From Amoebidium appalachense (lineage: Eukaryota; Protista; Ichthyosporea): 64,000 nt of DNA. The stretch's first letter is position 1. The number at the start of each line of letters is the position of its first letter. Below, piece by piece: positions 1 to 47,700 of the stretch. Under the pieces are notes generated by a model that did no database searches, had not been told where the DNA came from, and saw only the letters and a list, made by a program, of their open reading frames with translations. The translations under genes were made by a program, and so were the position numbers. The stretch covers positions 868,001 to 932,000 of the forward strand of contig CAVNZM010000008.1 in assembly GCA_963693365.1 (NCBI GenBank), given 5' to 3'.

Positions 1-1001
1 AGAGAGATGTGTCAAGTGTGCATGCATACATGGGTATGCCTACAAGCCCACACAAAGACGTGTGCAAATGAAAGATAATGTGGGATTCCCTGTCGATGTC
101 TTGCGTGGAAGAGGGGAAGTTGTCTAAGTTTGTTGTGTGTCCAGTTGTCGAAGAAAAGAGGAACTGGGGAGATAGGTAGGTGGGAGTGGTCAAACGGACT
201 GGAAAACTGTACCGGCCAGAAAAGCATGGCCGTATATTGTGTGTATTCATTTACTGAATGAGGTGTGTGGATGTCTTCGTTCGATGTGTTTTGTGTCTCC
301 ATTATTATATAGCGGAATTCTTCTTTGGGTTTATTGTGTGGGTGAGTGGGTCAGGCACATGTCGATCAAGCAGAATGTTTGTGCAAGTGCTGGGCAAGAC
401 CGGGTGGCCCATACGAGGAAATCTCATATGGCGTATGGCGGAGCAGCGATTAAGTGTGTGTGACCAGCGCGACGTGTTCTGAAACCTAGTGTTATTACCT
501 GTACTAACCTTTATCGCAGGTACATTCTGTATTAGCCTAAAAAACAGGTAAACTTTGTACTACGCTTCATATCAGGTATAGAGTTCGGTGTCTGGGTACA
601 GTATGATGCAGGAAGCATAAGCCACTGAGGCCAAGGGGCATTGGGGGGAAGGGGGGGGGGGGGGGGGAGGAGTTCCATGTGAATGAGTAAGTGGGTGCGT
701 GTACTTGTGAGCAGAGCGCAGACACTCTACTGATGAGGTTGTACACGTGTTTCTCTGCATATGTGCATGCATGTGTTTGCCTATGTGCATGCATGTCTAT
801 TCCCAGATGAACCACGACGTACATCTGTGTGTTTACGTTTTTGTGTGTGCCTCTTTTGGCGGTGGTAGCTTTTTTTCTTTGGTTGACTGCGTTTATGTGA
901 GTAGGCCGGTGATGGTTGGTGGTGGAAGGGTTTTGATTGAAGTGGGAAGGCAGGGAGGGAGGGAGGGAGGGGAGGGTGTGTGTGTGGGTATGTGTGTGTG
1001 T

Positions 1002-1034
<33 letters not shown>

Positions 1035-1061
1035 GGGAGGTGGTTGCACCAGTGAGTCTAC

Positions 1062-8287
<7,226 letters not shown>

Positions 8288-8467
8288 CCTGTGTTGTTCA
8301 TGACCAAACCATCTCCCAGCCTGTACACAGAATCAGAGCCTCCTGCTATTTAGATATGTTGGCCTCTTCCAGTTACTCGTGCACACATACAAAGCTTGTC
8401 CTTCAAGTTGTTCCACTGTTATGGTCAGCCTGCGGTATCGATCTATCGATGACTGACGGAGTTGTGA

Positions 8468-8479
8468 CCGTTATAACGG
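8468..8479. promoter_or_regulatory. Palindromic CCGTTATAACGG (two inverted Myb-type YAACGG sites) upstream of paralog A
   Basis: The identical 15-mer accgttataacggcc also lies upstream of paralog B (47688-47702), while the surrounding sequence is not visibly conserved. Confidence 0.45.
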
Positions 8480-9234
8480 CCTACATCGTCGGGCACACAT
8501 CTACTTATTTTTAGTTTTCTATTTTTGGTAACAGCTTACTTCACGGTAGTGACCAATACTTATTCCATACCCTGGCATGCATGGCCAGGTCTTCCGGATC
8601 CCCCCCCCCCCCCCCCCCCCCCCCCCCACCCCACCCCACCCCACCCCATCCCACCCCCTCCCCGGCCCCCTTCCTCCTTCCCCGCCCACGATTAATAACC
8701 ATCACCATCACCACCAGTACGTGCACCCCGGCAAATTTCCCCTGAGCTCCCCCCCCCCCCCGCCCCCCCCCCCTCCGCCCCCCTCCCCCCCCCCTCCCCC
8801 CCATCACCACCAATATTTATGCCCAGGCTCTAATGGGCCTTCCATTCAAGATAGCAAGTGCACTTTGAAAAGGCATATATACACAAACTTTGCAAGCCCA
8901 TGCATACGAAATGTGCCTTTAAATTTAACTGCAGATTGACAAAAGACTTCGTGCAGCCACAATTGCAGGCATACGTACACACACGCTGCAGACAGCCAAA
9001 TGATTGTTATATTACGGGCATGAGATACACAATCGCATTTAAATATTACAGAGGCACACCATACGCGGACTGATTGCACATGTCAAAACGGTACTTTTTC
9101 AAATTGAATACGTATTATCTATTTACAGCCGGAGTACATTGGCGCAGCTTCATGATCATTGAGTACGTGTACTGCCACAATATATGCGCTGCACATGTCC
9201 ATCACACACGTTGTAGAAGAGTTATAATTAAGGA

Positions 9235-9468
9235 TCGGAAGACATCCATAATGCTATCTCGTACTAATTGACACGGGGGGTTTACGCTGTTTACTCGAGG
9301 CAAAGAGAGACCAGTCTCAGGTATGGGGGGTTTTTGCTCGGAATATCCCCTCAGCGGTATATCATGATCACGTACATAGATGTCGGGTGATGACTATATA
9401 TCAGGGGTGACTTTCTCTACGAGACACCATGAAGACTAAGAAAAAGAATCAATTAGTTGGGGTTCCCC

Positions 9469-9516
<48 letters not shown>

Positions 9517-9544
9517 GGGGGGGGGGGGACTCGGTATCAGCTGG

Positions 9545-9589
<45 letters not shown>

Positions 9590-10495
9590 CATGCGCTAGA
9601 ATTTTGTAGTGATGTGTTTCTCAAGCCAATCAATGCATCTAATAAACAGGTCGTAGTTACGGGTGTTTAGTATAAAATCAAGGATGCCAGTAATTTACAG
9701 GTAGGCTATCTTTCTGGGTGTCTGTTGTGAATGTGACGTGTGTGTGTTGCGGTATTATGTGGTCTATCAAACTACATTTGGCGATACATGACCGTTTAAA
9801 CCGGTGTGTGTGTGTGTTGTTTGGGCATGCAAACGATGCCACCTTATACTTATTAGATCTCCACTGTATAGCACGTGTACAGTAAAAGCGTGGTAATTGA
9901 TCAATGATACCGCGGCATCAGCTAGAGAAAGACCAGTTCTACAGGAAGGTAATATGTATTTAGGTGTTATACATTTGCGAGTGCCATATTTGGCAATATG
10001 GTTGAGGCGGTCATTATATATAAAACGAGACATAAGGCTTTTCAAGGTGTCTGCTTTCATCGGGCCTAGTGTCGTGTGGTATCTTTTTCCATTTGTTATA
10101 TTGCGTGATTATCTTGTGATTGTGTACGTGTTTAATAATCAAGTGGCAGTCCAAAGTCACACGCACACTTTTGCGGGGTTTATTTGTATTTGTGCCCGGG
10201 GGAGAAGGAGAGAGAGAGGGAAGGAACGAGGGGAGAGGTGAGGAGGGGACAGGTCGGATAGAGAAGAGAGGGAGGGAGGGCAAATACTTCTTTAAGCGGC
10301 TTATGTGCTTGTTGAATTTCAGCGCGAGATGGGATACTCTAGCTGCTATGGGGACCAGACCATATATCGAGAGCGTTACAGGCCCAGGTTTACAACAGTT
10401 GTTGGATAGAAAGGAGGCAACTTCTGCTTCAAGGAAATTTGCCAAGGGTTTAAGCGCTCTAGTTCTCTGTGTCTTGATCCAAGCGGCGAGAAGGG
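9235..10495 (+). repeat. ~1.25-kb interspersed repeat, copy R1 (left arm of inverted pair)
   Basis: Near-identical to the reverse complement of 16250-17516 (e.g. tttacgctgtttactcgaggcaaagagagaccagtctcagg... to ...tccaagcggcgagaaggg); contains internal poly(T) and (TG)n. Confidence 0.9.
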
Positions 10496-11587
10496 GTAAA
10501 CCATATTCACATGCCGGGAAGACAAAAGTGCGAATAAATGTAAGTTCAATAGAAGGATGCCGGGGGGGGGCCTTTAAAAATATTAGCCGAGAAGAAAGCT
10601 AACCGCTTACGAGCCAACTCTACCCTCTTTTCGACCATATGGGAAAACATAACACCAACAGAATTAACCGGAACACCAAGATATATTTGTATTCTGGAAC
10701 TATAGGTACAGGTTTAGATGATAATGTAAATGTGTGTAAATTGTTAGCTATATCAGGTACAAGAACACCACTGGCATTTGTCTATGTTAAGGATCATAAG
10801 GTTTGCGTGACACTACATCGAACAATCTTTGCAGGCGTCTAGGGGTAAGGGCAAGGAGGGACAGATCATCAGCATACGCAGCTGCTGGCTTGCCTGAGGC
10901 TGAGCGTTGCAGCTGAACTTTGCTTCAAGTGTTCGACTACGTACGGTGTCTATCGACCAAGGCTTTTCTTACATCAGCGGTCCCCATGCAGTGTTCCCAC
11001 TTACGGGGCTCTTTTTTTCGGGAAAAAGAATAAAAGTAATGGAACGAGTGATGCTAATTCTTGTTCTAAGTGAGAGCCCGACCGTTTCGCCTGCCAGCAC
11101 ATCTAATGCTGTTTACTACTTGAGTGTGCAAGCTGAAAATGGGCCATTCAGGGCCCACGAACAATCACATGAACGATAGATAAGGTTTCTAGAGTCACCA
11201 CGCGAAATCGTTATTCAATTGGGACTAAGGCTTCAAGCACAAATCCGAAAAGTAGCCTGGCTAACAGGAAAACACTTCAATCCCTGTGCAAGTAGGTCGC
11301 ACGTGCACCGGCGAGGTATCCGCACGCACACATGTGCAAGCACGCGGGCACACACGCAGTGACATCTGCAACTGTAACCGCTCAAAAGCCTACGCGTCCA
11401 CAAGTCCACTTTGAAAGCCCGACGGTGGTACCCACCCACAAAAACGAAGGTGCACGGACAGATGCACTGTGTGATGGCAACACACACGGCGCATACACAC
11501 ACACGGGAACACATGAGCACGGTGATCGAACATGTGAAGGGGGGGGAGAGGGGGGAAGGGCCGAATACTATATATATCTATAGAGTG

Positions 11588-11798
11588 TCGGAAGTACATT
11601 TGGGGTTTACGCTGTTTACTCGAGGCAAAGAGAAACCAGTCTCAGGTATGGGGGGGGGTTTTGCTCGGAATATCCCCTCAGCGGTATATCATGAACACGT
11701 ACATAGATGTCGGGTGATGACTATATATCAGGGTTTACTTTCTCTACGAGACACCATAAAGACTACAAGGAGAAATCAATTAGTTGGGGTTCCCCGTG

Positions 11799-11831
<33 letters not shown>

Positions 11832-11862
11832 GGGCTCCCCTGGGACACTCGGTATCAGCTGG

Positions 11863-11900
<38 letters not shown>
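11588..11900 (+). repeat. Partial copy R2 of the 1.25-kb repeat (first ~300 bp)
   Basis: tcggaag...ggggtttacgctgtttactcgaggcaaagaga...aatcaattagttggggttccccg-poly(T)-ctcggtatcagctggttg(tg)n matches the start of R1 and R3. Confidence 0.85.
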
Positions 11901-11929
<29 letters not shown>

Positions 11930-12411
11930 CATGACCGACACGGACAGCACATACATGCAATGTCCGGGCAGATCATACTGTTCACGTGCACGTGTACACA
12001 CTGTCAGTGCCACAGGATGCAGATATTTATGCTGCGTGGGGGAAGGGGGGGGGGGGGGGGGGGGGGTGGACTGGGGGCCTTGGGGTGTGAAGCTTTAGTA
12101 TGCATGGACTCGAGGTATACCGATAAGTAACGTAGATCAAGAGTGAGAGGGCAAAGGGGGGGAGGGGGTTGCCCAGTGATCGGAGCCTGGGCTCAGTGTG
12201 CTATGTGACAAGAAAAAAAAAATAGCGCACATGTACGTGCATATGTGTAAGGGATGCCAGTGGGAGGCGGTGAGTGGTGCGCTGTGGCTAAATGATTACA
12301 TTTGAACCACCATTTTTATTTTCTAGCTAGACTGTGTACATGCCCATGTTGGAGTGCAGCTCTCTAGCCTATAGGTCTATCGAGAGACTGCGTGGACGTG
12401 TGTGTGTGTGT

Positions 12412-12482
<71 letters not shown>

Positions 12483-12826
12483 TGGTTGAGTGTAGGTACA
12501 TAAGTCAAAGTGACGATTGGTAAACGTGGTGTGTCCGCAGTGTATTCGTGCACGCACATGCAATTACCCAAAGGGGCATTCATACTACACGTGCCAGTAC
12601 CACTGCCACAACGAGGGATACTATAGTGTATTACGAATTTCTTTGTTGCTGGATGTTTCTGTGTCGACAGACACAGAGCCAGGGGCAAGAAAATTATATA
12701 TGCAAGCAATGATTTTTGTGGTGTGCGTGTGTGTGTGCGGGGGGAGTGGGAGGGGGGGCTGATAGTTGGCATATAAGTGCAGAGATGGGAAACAGAGTGT
12801 ACATGCACACACACGCACACGCACAT

Positions 12827-12863
<37 letters not shown>

Positions 12864-12886
12864 TGCACACACAGCCGAGTGCGCGT

Positions 12887-12988
<102 letters not shown>

Positions 12989-13034
12989 CCGCGCACACAC
13001 ATACAAACACGGACACAGGCACACACACGTACAC

Positions 13035-13082
<48 letters not shown>

Positions 13083-13180
13083 ACACACACACATGCGCGT
13101 GTTTTACAGCTGACTTACCCTGAGACACGAATTTCCCTCCGCCAGCCAGTGTACAGCCCATATCATACAGGTATCGTTGT

Positions 13181-13220
<40 letters not shown>

Positions 13221-13362
13221 CTCTCTCTCTCTCTCTCCCCTCCCCCTCCCCTCCCCCCTCCCGCTAACGTTCTCTCCCTCCCTCTTCTCTCCCCCCCCCT
13301 TCTCTTTTTTTTTGTGTGTGTGTGCATGTGGGTGTGTGTGAGTGGGTGAGTAAACGGAGAAA

Positions 13363-13398
<36 letters not shown>

Positions 13399-13566
13399 AG
13401 AAGACCAAAGAGAGCACAGCAGGGACGGATAGCTCACAAGATTGCAGAGCAAAGAAAGGTGGGCAGAAGGGGTGATGTCGTGTCACATTGTGTTGGGAAG
13501 GTGTTCAGCAAGTGCAGGAAGGGTGGTTCGGGGGGAAGCAGAGGGTTTGTGGTGTGTGTGTGTGGT

Positions 13567-13613
<47 letters not shown>

Positions 13614-13943
13614 CCACCCACCAATCTACACCTACACAATCACAAAGTCGGACACACGCACAGACTGTACACACAGGCACAGAGACACACTCGCGAGCGC
13701 GTGCACCCACCCACACACACACACAGATGCGGACACACAGAAAGAGAGGGAGGAGGAGGGCGGGGAGAGATGAGGGCTGGGGGAGGGGAAGGGGGGGGGG
13801 GAGGGGGGAAGAGAGTGTGAGAGAGAACGGAGGGGAAGGGGAAGTGAGGAAGAGGGGGGGATGCATGAGAGAGACGGCGAGGAGGGAAGGCGGAAAGAGA
13901 GAGGCATAAAGAGTAAAGGAGAGGGACCGTCTGTGCATGTGAG

Positions 13944-13994
<51 letters not shown>

Positions 13995-14073
13995 GGGGGG
14001 GGGGGGGGGGGGAAAGGGGGGGGGGTGGGGGGGAGAAACTCAGAGACTCTCCAGGAGAGAGAGCGAGAGAGAG

Positions 14074-14143
<70 letters not shown>

Positions 14144-14152
14144 TCGAGAAGG

Positions 14153-14244
<92 letters not shown>

Positions 14245-14695
14245 GAACGAGAAATTGAGTGTGTGCCACGGTGTGGAAGAGAGAGGGAGGGGGCAGAGAA
14301 GGGGGGGGGGAGGGGCCGGGGAGAGAGAACGTAGGGAGAGGGAGAGGAAGGGGGAGAGACACCGGGGGGGGGGGGGGGGGGGGGAGGGGGAGGGGGGGGG
14401 AGGGGGGGGGGGGGAGATGGGGAAAGATGGAAGGGGGGAAGAGAGAGGCAAAAAGAGGAAAAGAGAGGGGCCGTCAGTGCATGTGCGTCGGTGGTGAGTA
14501 AGAAGGGGGAGGGGGAGGGGGGGGAGGGGGGAGAGGGCTAGGGGAGGGAGGGAGGGAGGGAGGGAGGGAGAGATAGAGTGAGAGAGGGGGGATGGGAGAG
14601 GGGAGTTGGGGGGGGGGGGGGGGGGGGAGAAAGAGAGATAGGGAGAGAGGGAGAGAGAGGGAAAGGGAGACAGAGAGGGGGGAGGGGGGGATATA

Positions 14696-14744
<49 letters not shown>

Positions 14745-14925
14745 ACACACAGAGAGAAAGATAGAAGGAGAGAATGGGAGAGAGAGGGAGAGAGAGAGAG
14801 GACAAGCAAAAAAAGTAATTCCAGTTCCACAACATTTGCTCATGCATGGAGAGGCAGCGGGAGGATGCATATGGGAAAAGGGTTGGTGGTGGTCGGGGTG
14901 GTGGTTGTGGTTGTTGGGGGGGGGA

Positions 14926-14959
<34 letters not shown>

Positions 14960-16151
14960 GGGGGGAGGGGGGAGGGGGGGGGAGGCTCGTGGCTAGAAAT
15001 GGTTGTTGCAACTCGATTGGGCCATAGGAACGTGTGAGAAACTTAATATGTATCCTTCTCCTCTAAAAAGAGCACAAAGAGCAAATACATATCAGGCCGT
15101 GCCTGTGGATGCATGCATGTAGAACATTGGACAAGTGGAGAGGGGTCATGGGGTTTCCTCCGAAGTTCTTTTTGCGATGCTGAGAGACAGCACGAGTGGC
15201 AAAAAATGGCCAAAAAAGAAATCAAGAAAAGAAAGTGGGGTTTCTTTTTCTTTTTCTTTTCTTTTCTTTTCTTTTTTTTTGGGGGGGAGGGGGGGGGGGG
15301 GGGAGGGGGGGGGCGGAGGGGGGAGGGAGGGAGGAGGGGGGGGGGGGGGGGGGGGGGTCTCGGGAAAGTATCAAGGAAAGAGGCAACGAGTGCACAAGAA
15401 GGAGCTCGGTCGAAAGATTGGGGATTGGGTGATTGAAAAACCGTGTGCAGTGGCTGTTGCATTAGCGGGAAAAGAGGGATGGTGGGGACGGGGAGGGGGG
15501 TGCGAGGGGGGGAAGGGGGGGAGGGGGGGGGGGGGGGGAGTTGAAAGGGCGAGGGATGGAGCGGGAAAGTACAACGGCGGGGGGGGGGGGGGGGGGGAGG
15601 GGAGGGGGGAGGGGGGGGGAAGAGTACCAATGACCCTGAAGCAGGTATGAACAAGAACCACTTTCACAATGCTGAGTCCGCGACTGACATTACTGAAGTG
15701 AGGATGGTAACCAGTTGGCTTCTGGCGAGAAAGTTGAGCTGGGCTCGGCCTTTTTTACGTGTGCTCTTGGTAAAGACACAACTCAGGGCACTACTCATTA
15801 CGTTCACTATTTGGTTGGCTCGATGACTCTCGGCCTTGGCCCTACCCTCAGGATCCTAACTACCATCAGCTTCTAGCCTTACTGGCTTAGATGATGTTTT
15901 CTGGAGTGTCCTGGCGCGCTTCGCCTCAAACACACAGGACGACAGCTTCGAGTAGTAAATGCATAAAACAGGGAAAAGCCTTACGCATCTGAGCTGTTTT
16001 TTTTTTTTTTTTTTTTGCCCCCCTTGTTAGCTAGAGCGGCGGCAACAGCTGCTCATTAATATTGCACGCAGTGCGCGATTGGCCGAATCGACTTGCGAAA
16101 GCATGAGATTAGCGTCCCCGCCGCCCAGCGCGTTAGCATTATAGATGTCGC

Positions 16152-16223
16152 GGCGGATTAGTGTAGCGGTTATCACCCCAGACTCTGAATCTGGTAACCC
16201 GAGTTCGAATCTCGGATCTGCCT
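16152..16223 (+). tRNA. tRNA-Gln(CTG)
   Basis: 72-nt cloverleaf: acceptor GGCGGAT/ATCTGCC, D-arm GTG..CAC, anticodon stem CCAGA/TCTGG with loop CTCTGAA (CTG at 16185-16187), T-arm CCGAG-TTCGAAT-CTCGG, discriminator T, followed by a T-rich Pol III terminator. Confidence 0.96.
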
Positions 16224-16249
16224 TTCCTTTTTCCTTCTCGCCGCTTGGA

Positions 16250-17153
16250 CCCTTCTCGCCGCTTGGATCAAGAAAGAGAGAACTAGAGCGCTTATTTTAA
16301 ATTTCCTTAAAGCAGAAGTTGCCTCCTTTCTATCTAACAACTGTTGTAAACCTGGGCCTGTAACGCTCTCGTATATGGTCTGGTCCCAATAGCTGCTAGA
16401 TGTTCGCGCTGAAATTCAATAAGCACATAAGCCGCTTAAAGAAGTATTTGCCCTCCCACCCTCTCTTCTCTATCCGACCTGTCCCCTCCTCACCTCTCCC
16501 CTCTTTCCTTCCCTCTCTCTCTCCTTTTCCCCCGGGCACAAATACAAATAAACCCCGCAAAAGTGTGCGTGTGACTTTGGACTGCCACTTGATTATTAAA
16601 CACGTACACAATCACAAGATAATCACGCAATACTATTTAGTAACAAATGGAAAAAGATACCACACGACACTAGGCCCGATGAAAGCAGACACCTTGAAAA
16701 GCCTTATGTCTCGTTTTATATATAATGACCGCCTCAACCATATTGCCAAATATGGCACTCGCAAATGTATAACACCTACATACATATTACCTTCCTGTAG
16801 AACTGGTCTTTCTCTAGCTGATGCCGCGGTATCATTGATCAATTACCACGCTTTTACTGTACACGTGCTATACAGTGGAGATCTAATAAGTATAAGGTGG
16901 CATCGTTTGCATGCCCAAACAACACACACACACACCGGTTTAAACGGTCATGTATCGCCAAATGTAGTTTGATAGACCACATAATACCGCAACACACACA
17001 CGTCACATTCACAACAGACACCCAGAAAGATAGCCTACCTGTAAATTACTGGCATCCTTGATTTTATACTAAACACCCGTAACTACGACCTGTTTATTAG
17101 ATGTATTGATTGGCTTGAGAAACACATCACTACAAAATTCTAGCGCATGCACG

Positions 17154-17238
<85 letters not shown>

Positions 17239-17516
17239 AACCAGCTGATACCGAGTGTCCCAGGGGAGCCCTAAAAAAAAAAAAACAAAAAAAAAAAAAA
17301 CAAAAAAAAACGGGGAACCCCAACTAATTGATTTTTCATAGTTTTTATGGTGTCTCGTAGAGAAAGTAAACCCTGATATATAGTCATCACCCGACATCTA
17401 TGTACGTGATCATGATATACCGCTGAGGGGATATTCCGAGCAAAACCCCCGCATACCTGAGACTGGTCTCTCTTTGCCTCGAGTAAACAGCGTAAACCCC
17501 CCCGGATGTCTTCCGA
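16250..17516 (-). repeat. ~1.25-kb interspersed repeat, copy R3 (right arm of inverted pair), abutting the tRNA 3' end
   Basis: Reverse complement of 9235-10495; its terminal 17-mer ccttctcgccgcttgga is duplicated at 16233-16249 and 16251-16267. Confidence 0.9.
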
Positions 17517-18922
17517 GCTTTGAAAAAACATAAACGAGGCCAGCTCATTGTGATTGGCTATTAGATCCCCCCCCCCCCCCCCCCCAGCCCCTCCCCCCAT
17601 TAAAGAAGATTAAAATATAATGAATATCAAAATAAATCAATAAAAACCTATTAAAAACTCCCTTTCCCTCGTACCCAGATTAAAACACACCGCGAGGAGT
17701 TAGGAAGGGAGTGAAGAGGGAGTTCTAAAGTCAAGATCCTGAACTCATTGACGATAGTTTTGAAAGCAAAGTTTGCATATTAAGACATCACGCAAGACCC
17801 TTGTGTACAACAGAATTATATTTTTTGTTGAGAAAAACCACAGTCTGAAAAGGTACAAAGCGCAAGCGAAACCTCGCTGAAGAACCGCAGCTTTTTAAAA
17901 GGGCCGGACTTGGCTGCCCCCAGCGGCGGATTCAAGCAATCGTAATAGGGAAATTTTCCAAGTCTAGAAGACGTCAAAACACTTCCTCTAATTTTGATCG
18001 ATTGGAATCCCAGGGAGATATGTCGATGTACATGTTGTTCACCATTAATCGTCCAGTGCACAGCTCTGAACTGATATTTTATTACATAGATGGCTCATAC
18101 ATGTACACCACATTCGGATCCCGCAGCCGGCACGAGGTAAAATTCGACACATCACGAGCTCTCACTGTCAGCTTTCCCAACGTGAACACAACCAAAATAT
18201 GTGATGGATTACAGTAACTGTCAAATCGGCCTGTGATATGTACAATACAAATGTCGATCTGATTCAGTCAGATAGCATGTGCACCCGTTACGTTATTATT
18301 CTTGTATCAACTCCTCTCCCATTTCTAAAGCTTACATGTAGGTACAGTATCACTGGCTGTCTCAGAGCAAAATGCTAAATGCGTGACAAAAAAATAAACT
18401 AAACATTAGCCAAAGCTTCGGGTGCTTGCACTTGAGGGCATGCCAAAACATTTGTTCAACATAAACCCAGACACCAAACGATCGTGCTGAGTCAGAAGCC
18501 AGGGCGCTACGGGGATGCCCAGATCTAGATCCAGCGACACAGACTGAGTACACCAATGCATGGCAAACGCACTACGATACTGTAACATATCAACACATGA
18601 AGTTTATACAGGTAAAAAGACCAAAATATTAATTTAGTGCACATGGCAAATAACGATAACCGTTGCATATTATTGATGTGTGATGATGCAATGATAATCA
18701 GCAATTCACATGCAGTTAGGTCAACACATATAATGTGTGCTTGCATATCCAGCGGCTACCCCAGGGCTCCATTTATCCTGCCTGCACCCATTGCATCCCG
18801 GTACATCAGCATGGATACCCCCACGAAATAAGCCACTCATCCCATGCCAATCAGTATTCTGTGCTGTTATTCACAGCACACTCACATACCCACCACCCAC
18901 ACCTGTTGCAGCTGTTTGAATT

Positions 18923-19442
18923 CACCGGTCTCAGATCTAATTGGCCAAAAAGTGTGGTCTAAAATTGGGGCCAAATACTAATCTAGAGCCCTTCAAAGCC
19001 AATTTATTTTCGATTTCACTTAGAAACGAGGTTTTCACCCTCTAAGTCAAGTTGTAGGACATTACAAGACGCGCGAAGTTGATATAGGCGGTCTGGGGTG
19101 TCCGACGTCTTCTTCAACGTCAAAATCAGCTAAAACCAGCCAAAACCGCCGCCGGTTGGGGCCAGCCTCATTGCCGACTGACTGACGGCGGGAGTCGATC
19201 GCATATAGAAAAACATGTGTTTTTGCCTGCTTTGACCTCAAAAAACACACCGGAGCACCCTATGTTGCTTCTATAAACATTGTGTGTCACTTCATTTTCT
19301 ATACGTTTAATTAAGGCGCCAAAGCCTGTTTCCGGATAGTTTAGGCTTTATTGAGTAAAAACAAATTTGGACTATGACCAACATATGATTGCTAGGCCCC
19401 ACTTTTGAGCCGCCAATCTCAATTAGGGATTTGAAATCGGTG
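18923..19442. mobile_element. Non-autonomous DNA transposon / MITE (~520 bp) with imperfect TIRs and putative AATT TSD
   Basis: Left aatt|caccggtctcagatctaattg..aaaagtgtggtcta versus right (reverse complement) aatt|caccgatttcaaatccctaattg..aaaagtggggccta; no coding capacity; lacks the microsatellites of its surroundings. Confidence 0.6.
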
Positions 19443-20402
19443 AATTGCGCTGCCACAGAAGCTGCTGCATTGTAGTTCAACAACTACGCGTTGCAGCCTG
19501 TAGTACGACAAGAGTGATCATAATCCTAAATCCCTCTTCAGGCATCTCAGAGGCCGATGCGTTTTTGCTATGTATTGGGGTTGCATATCGGACCAAGGTC
19601 AACCCGAATGTCATGATGGAGGCAGTTGACCAACAGTCTAAGAGTTACGAGCGTCCAAAAGGCTCGGAATATCACTGCATGATCTATCTAGATTGGCCAA
19701 ACGAAGAAAACAACCGGGGAAGAAATGGAAGTGAATAATGAAACGGGGGTATTTGATTAGACTTCAAGTTTCCCCCCAGAAGGGGGGGGGGGGGAAGGGC
19801 TGGAGGTGCCTGCTTTCAGCTCAGTATGAGCAGATATAGTGGTGTTAGAGCAACCTTGAGTCCCTTCCCTGGAAACAATCTTGACAGGTCTATCAAACCC
19901 AATATAAAGTAAAAATCTATCCGCTGGGGTGGCACCTTAATTCATACAATTCCGAGAACTGTTGAACCAACCACACGACCGGTGTTTGTTAGGCAGAGGA
20001 CGGGGAATCTATGTGTACAGTCTGGCACACCGAGATTGAGGTTGTGTGCATATCTGTAACTATCTGTGTGTGTGTGTGTGTGTGTCGTGTATGTGTGTAG
20101 AGGTGTATGCGCATGCGAGCGTGTGCATCCATGCATCCCCGATGGGGGGGGGGGGGGGATAGGGTTTAAATGTAGATGAAGTGCACACCACAAATTCACA
20201 GGCAGGTGCGCACACACAGACACACGTGCAAGTTACGTGCAAACACGTGCACACACAAACAGTCCACGCACACACAGTCACACACACACACACACACACA
20301 CAAACAAAAACAAACAAACAGTGAGATGGGTGCGAACAGGGGGAACGGAGGGCATGCCCCGGGGGGGGGGGGGGGGGGGGGGGGGGCCACCTTGTGTTGT
20401 CC

Positions 20403-47331
<26,929 letters not shown>

Positions 47332-47688
47332 TCTGCTCTATCCTGGTGAGCTATATACCCATGACGCCGTGCTACTTCCTGGGTTGCTTGCTTGTCGCGT
47401 GGTGCAAGGCGCAAGGGCTCTGTAGTGTTTGTCCCTAAAATCCTACTTGTCCAGGTGAAAGAAGTTTGAAAAGTTTGAAAGCGGAACTGTCAAGGCTCGA
47501 CTTATTCTCAGCACTGATCTTCCATACATATAGCACTCCTGTGCTGGCTTGTCAAACAGTAATTGTACTGAACATACGTACACAATTGTTCATATGGTTC
47601 GTCGTAGCATTAGCATCTACGCCTGCAACGTAAACGAGCTCTCACTGATGGAAACACGAACTTCAATCCACAGGTCATCGGCTTTCAA

Positions 47689-47700
47689 CCGTTATAACGG
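47689..47700. promoter_or_regulatory. Palindromic CCGTTATAACGG (double Myb-type site) upstream of paralog B
   Basis: Same 15-mer as at 8467-8481 upstream of paralog A. Confidence 0.45.

Noticed and set aside
16400-16972. 190-aa ORF in repeat R3 and its counterparts in R1
   Set aside because: An 8-nt indel breaks the frame between the near-identical copies, and no transposase or RT motifs are recognisable.
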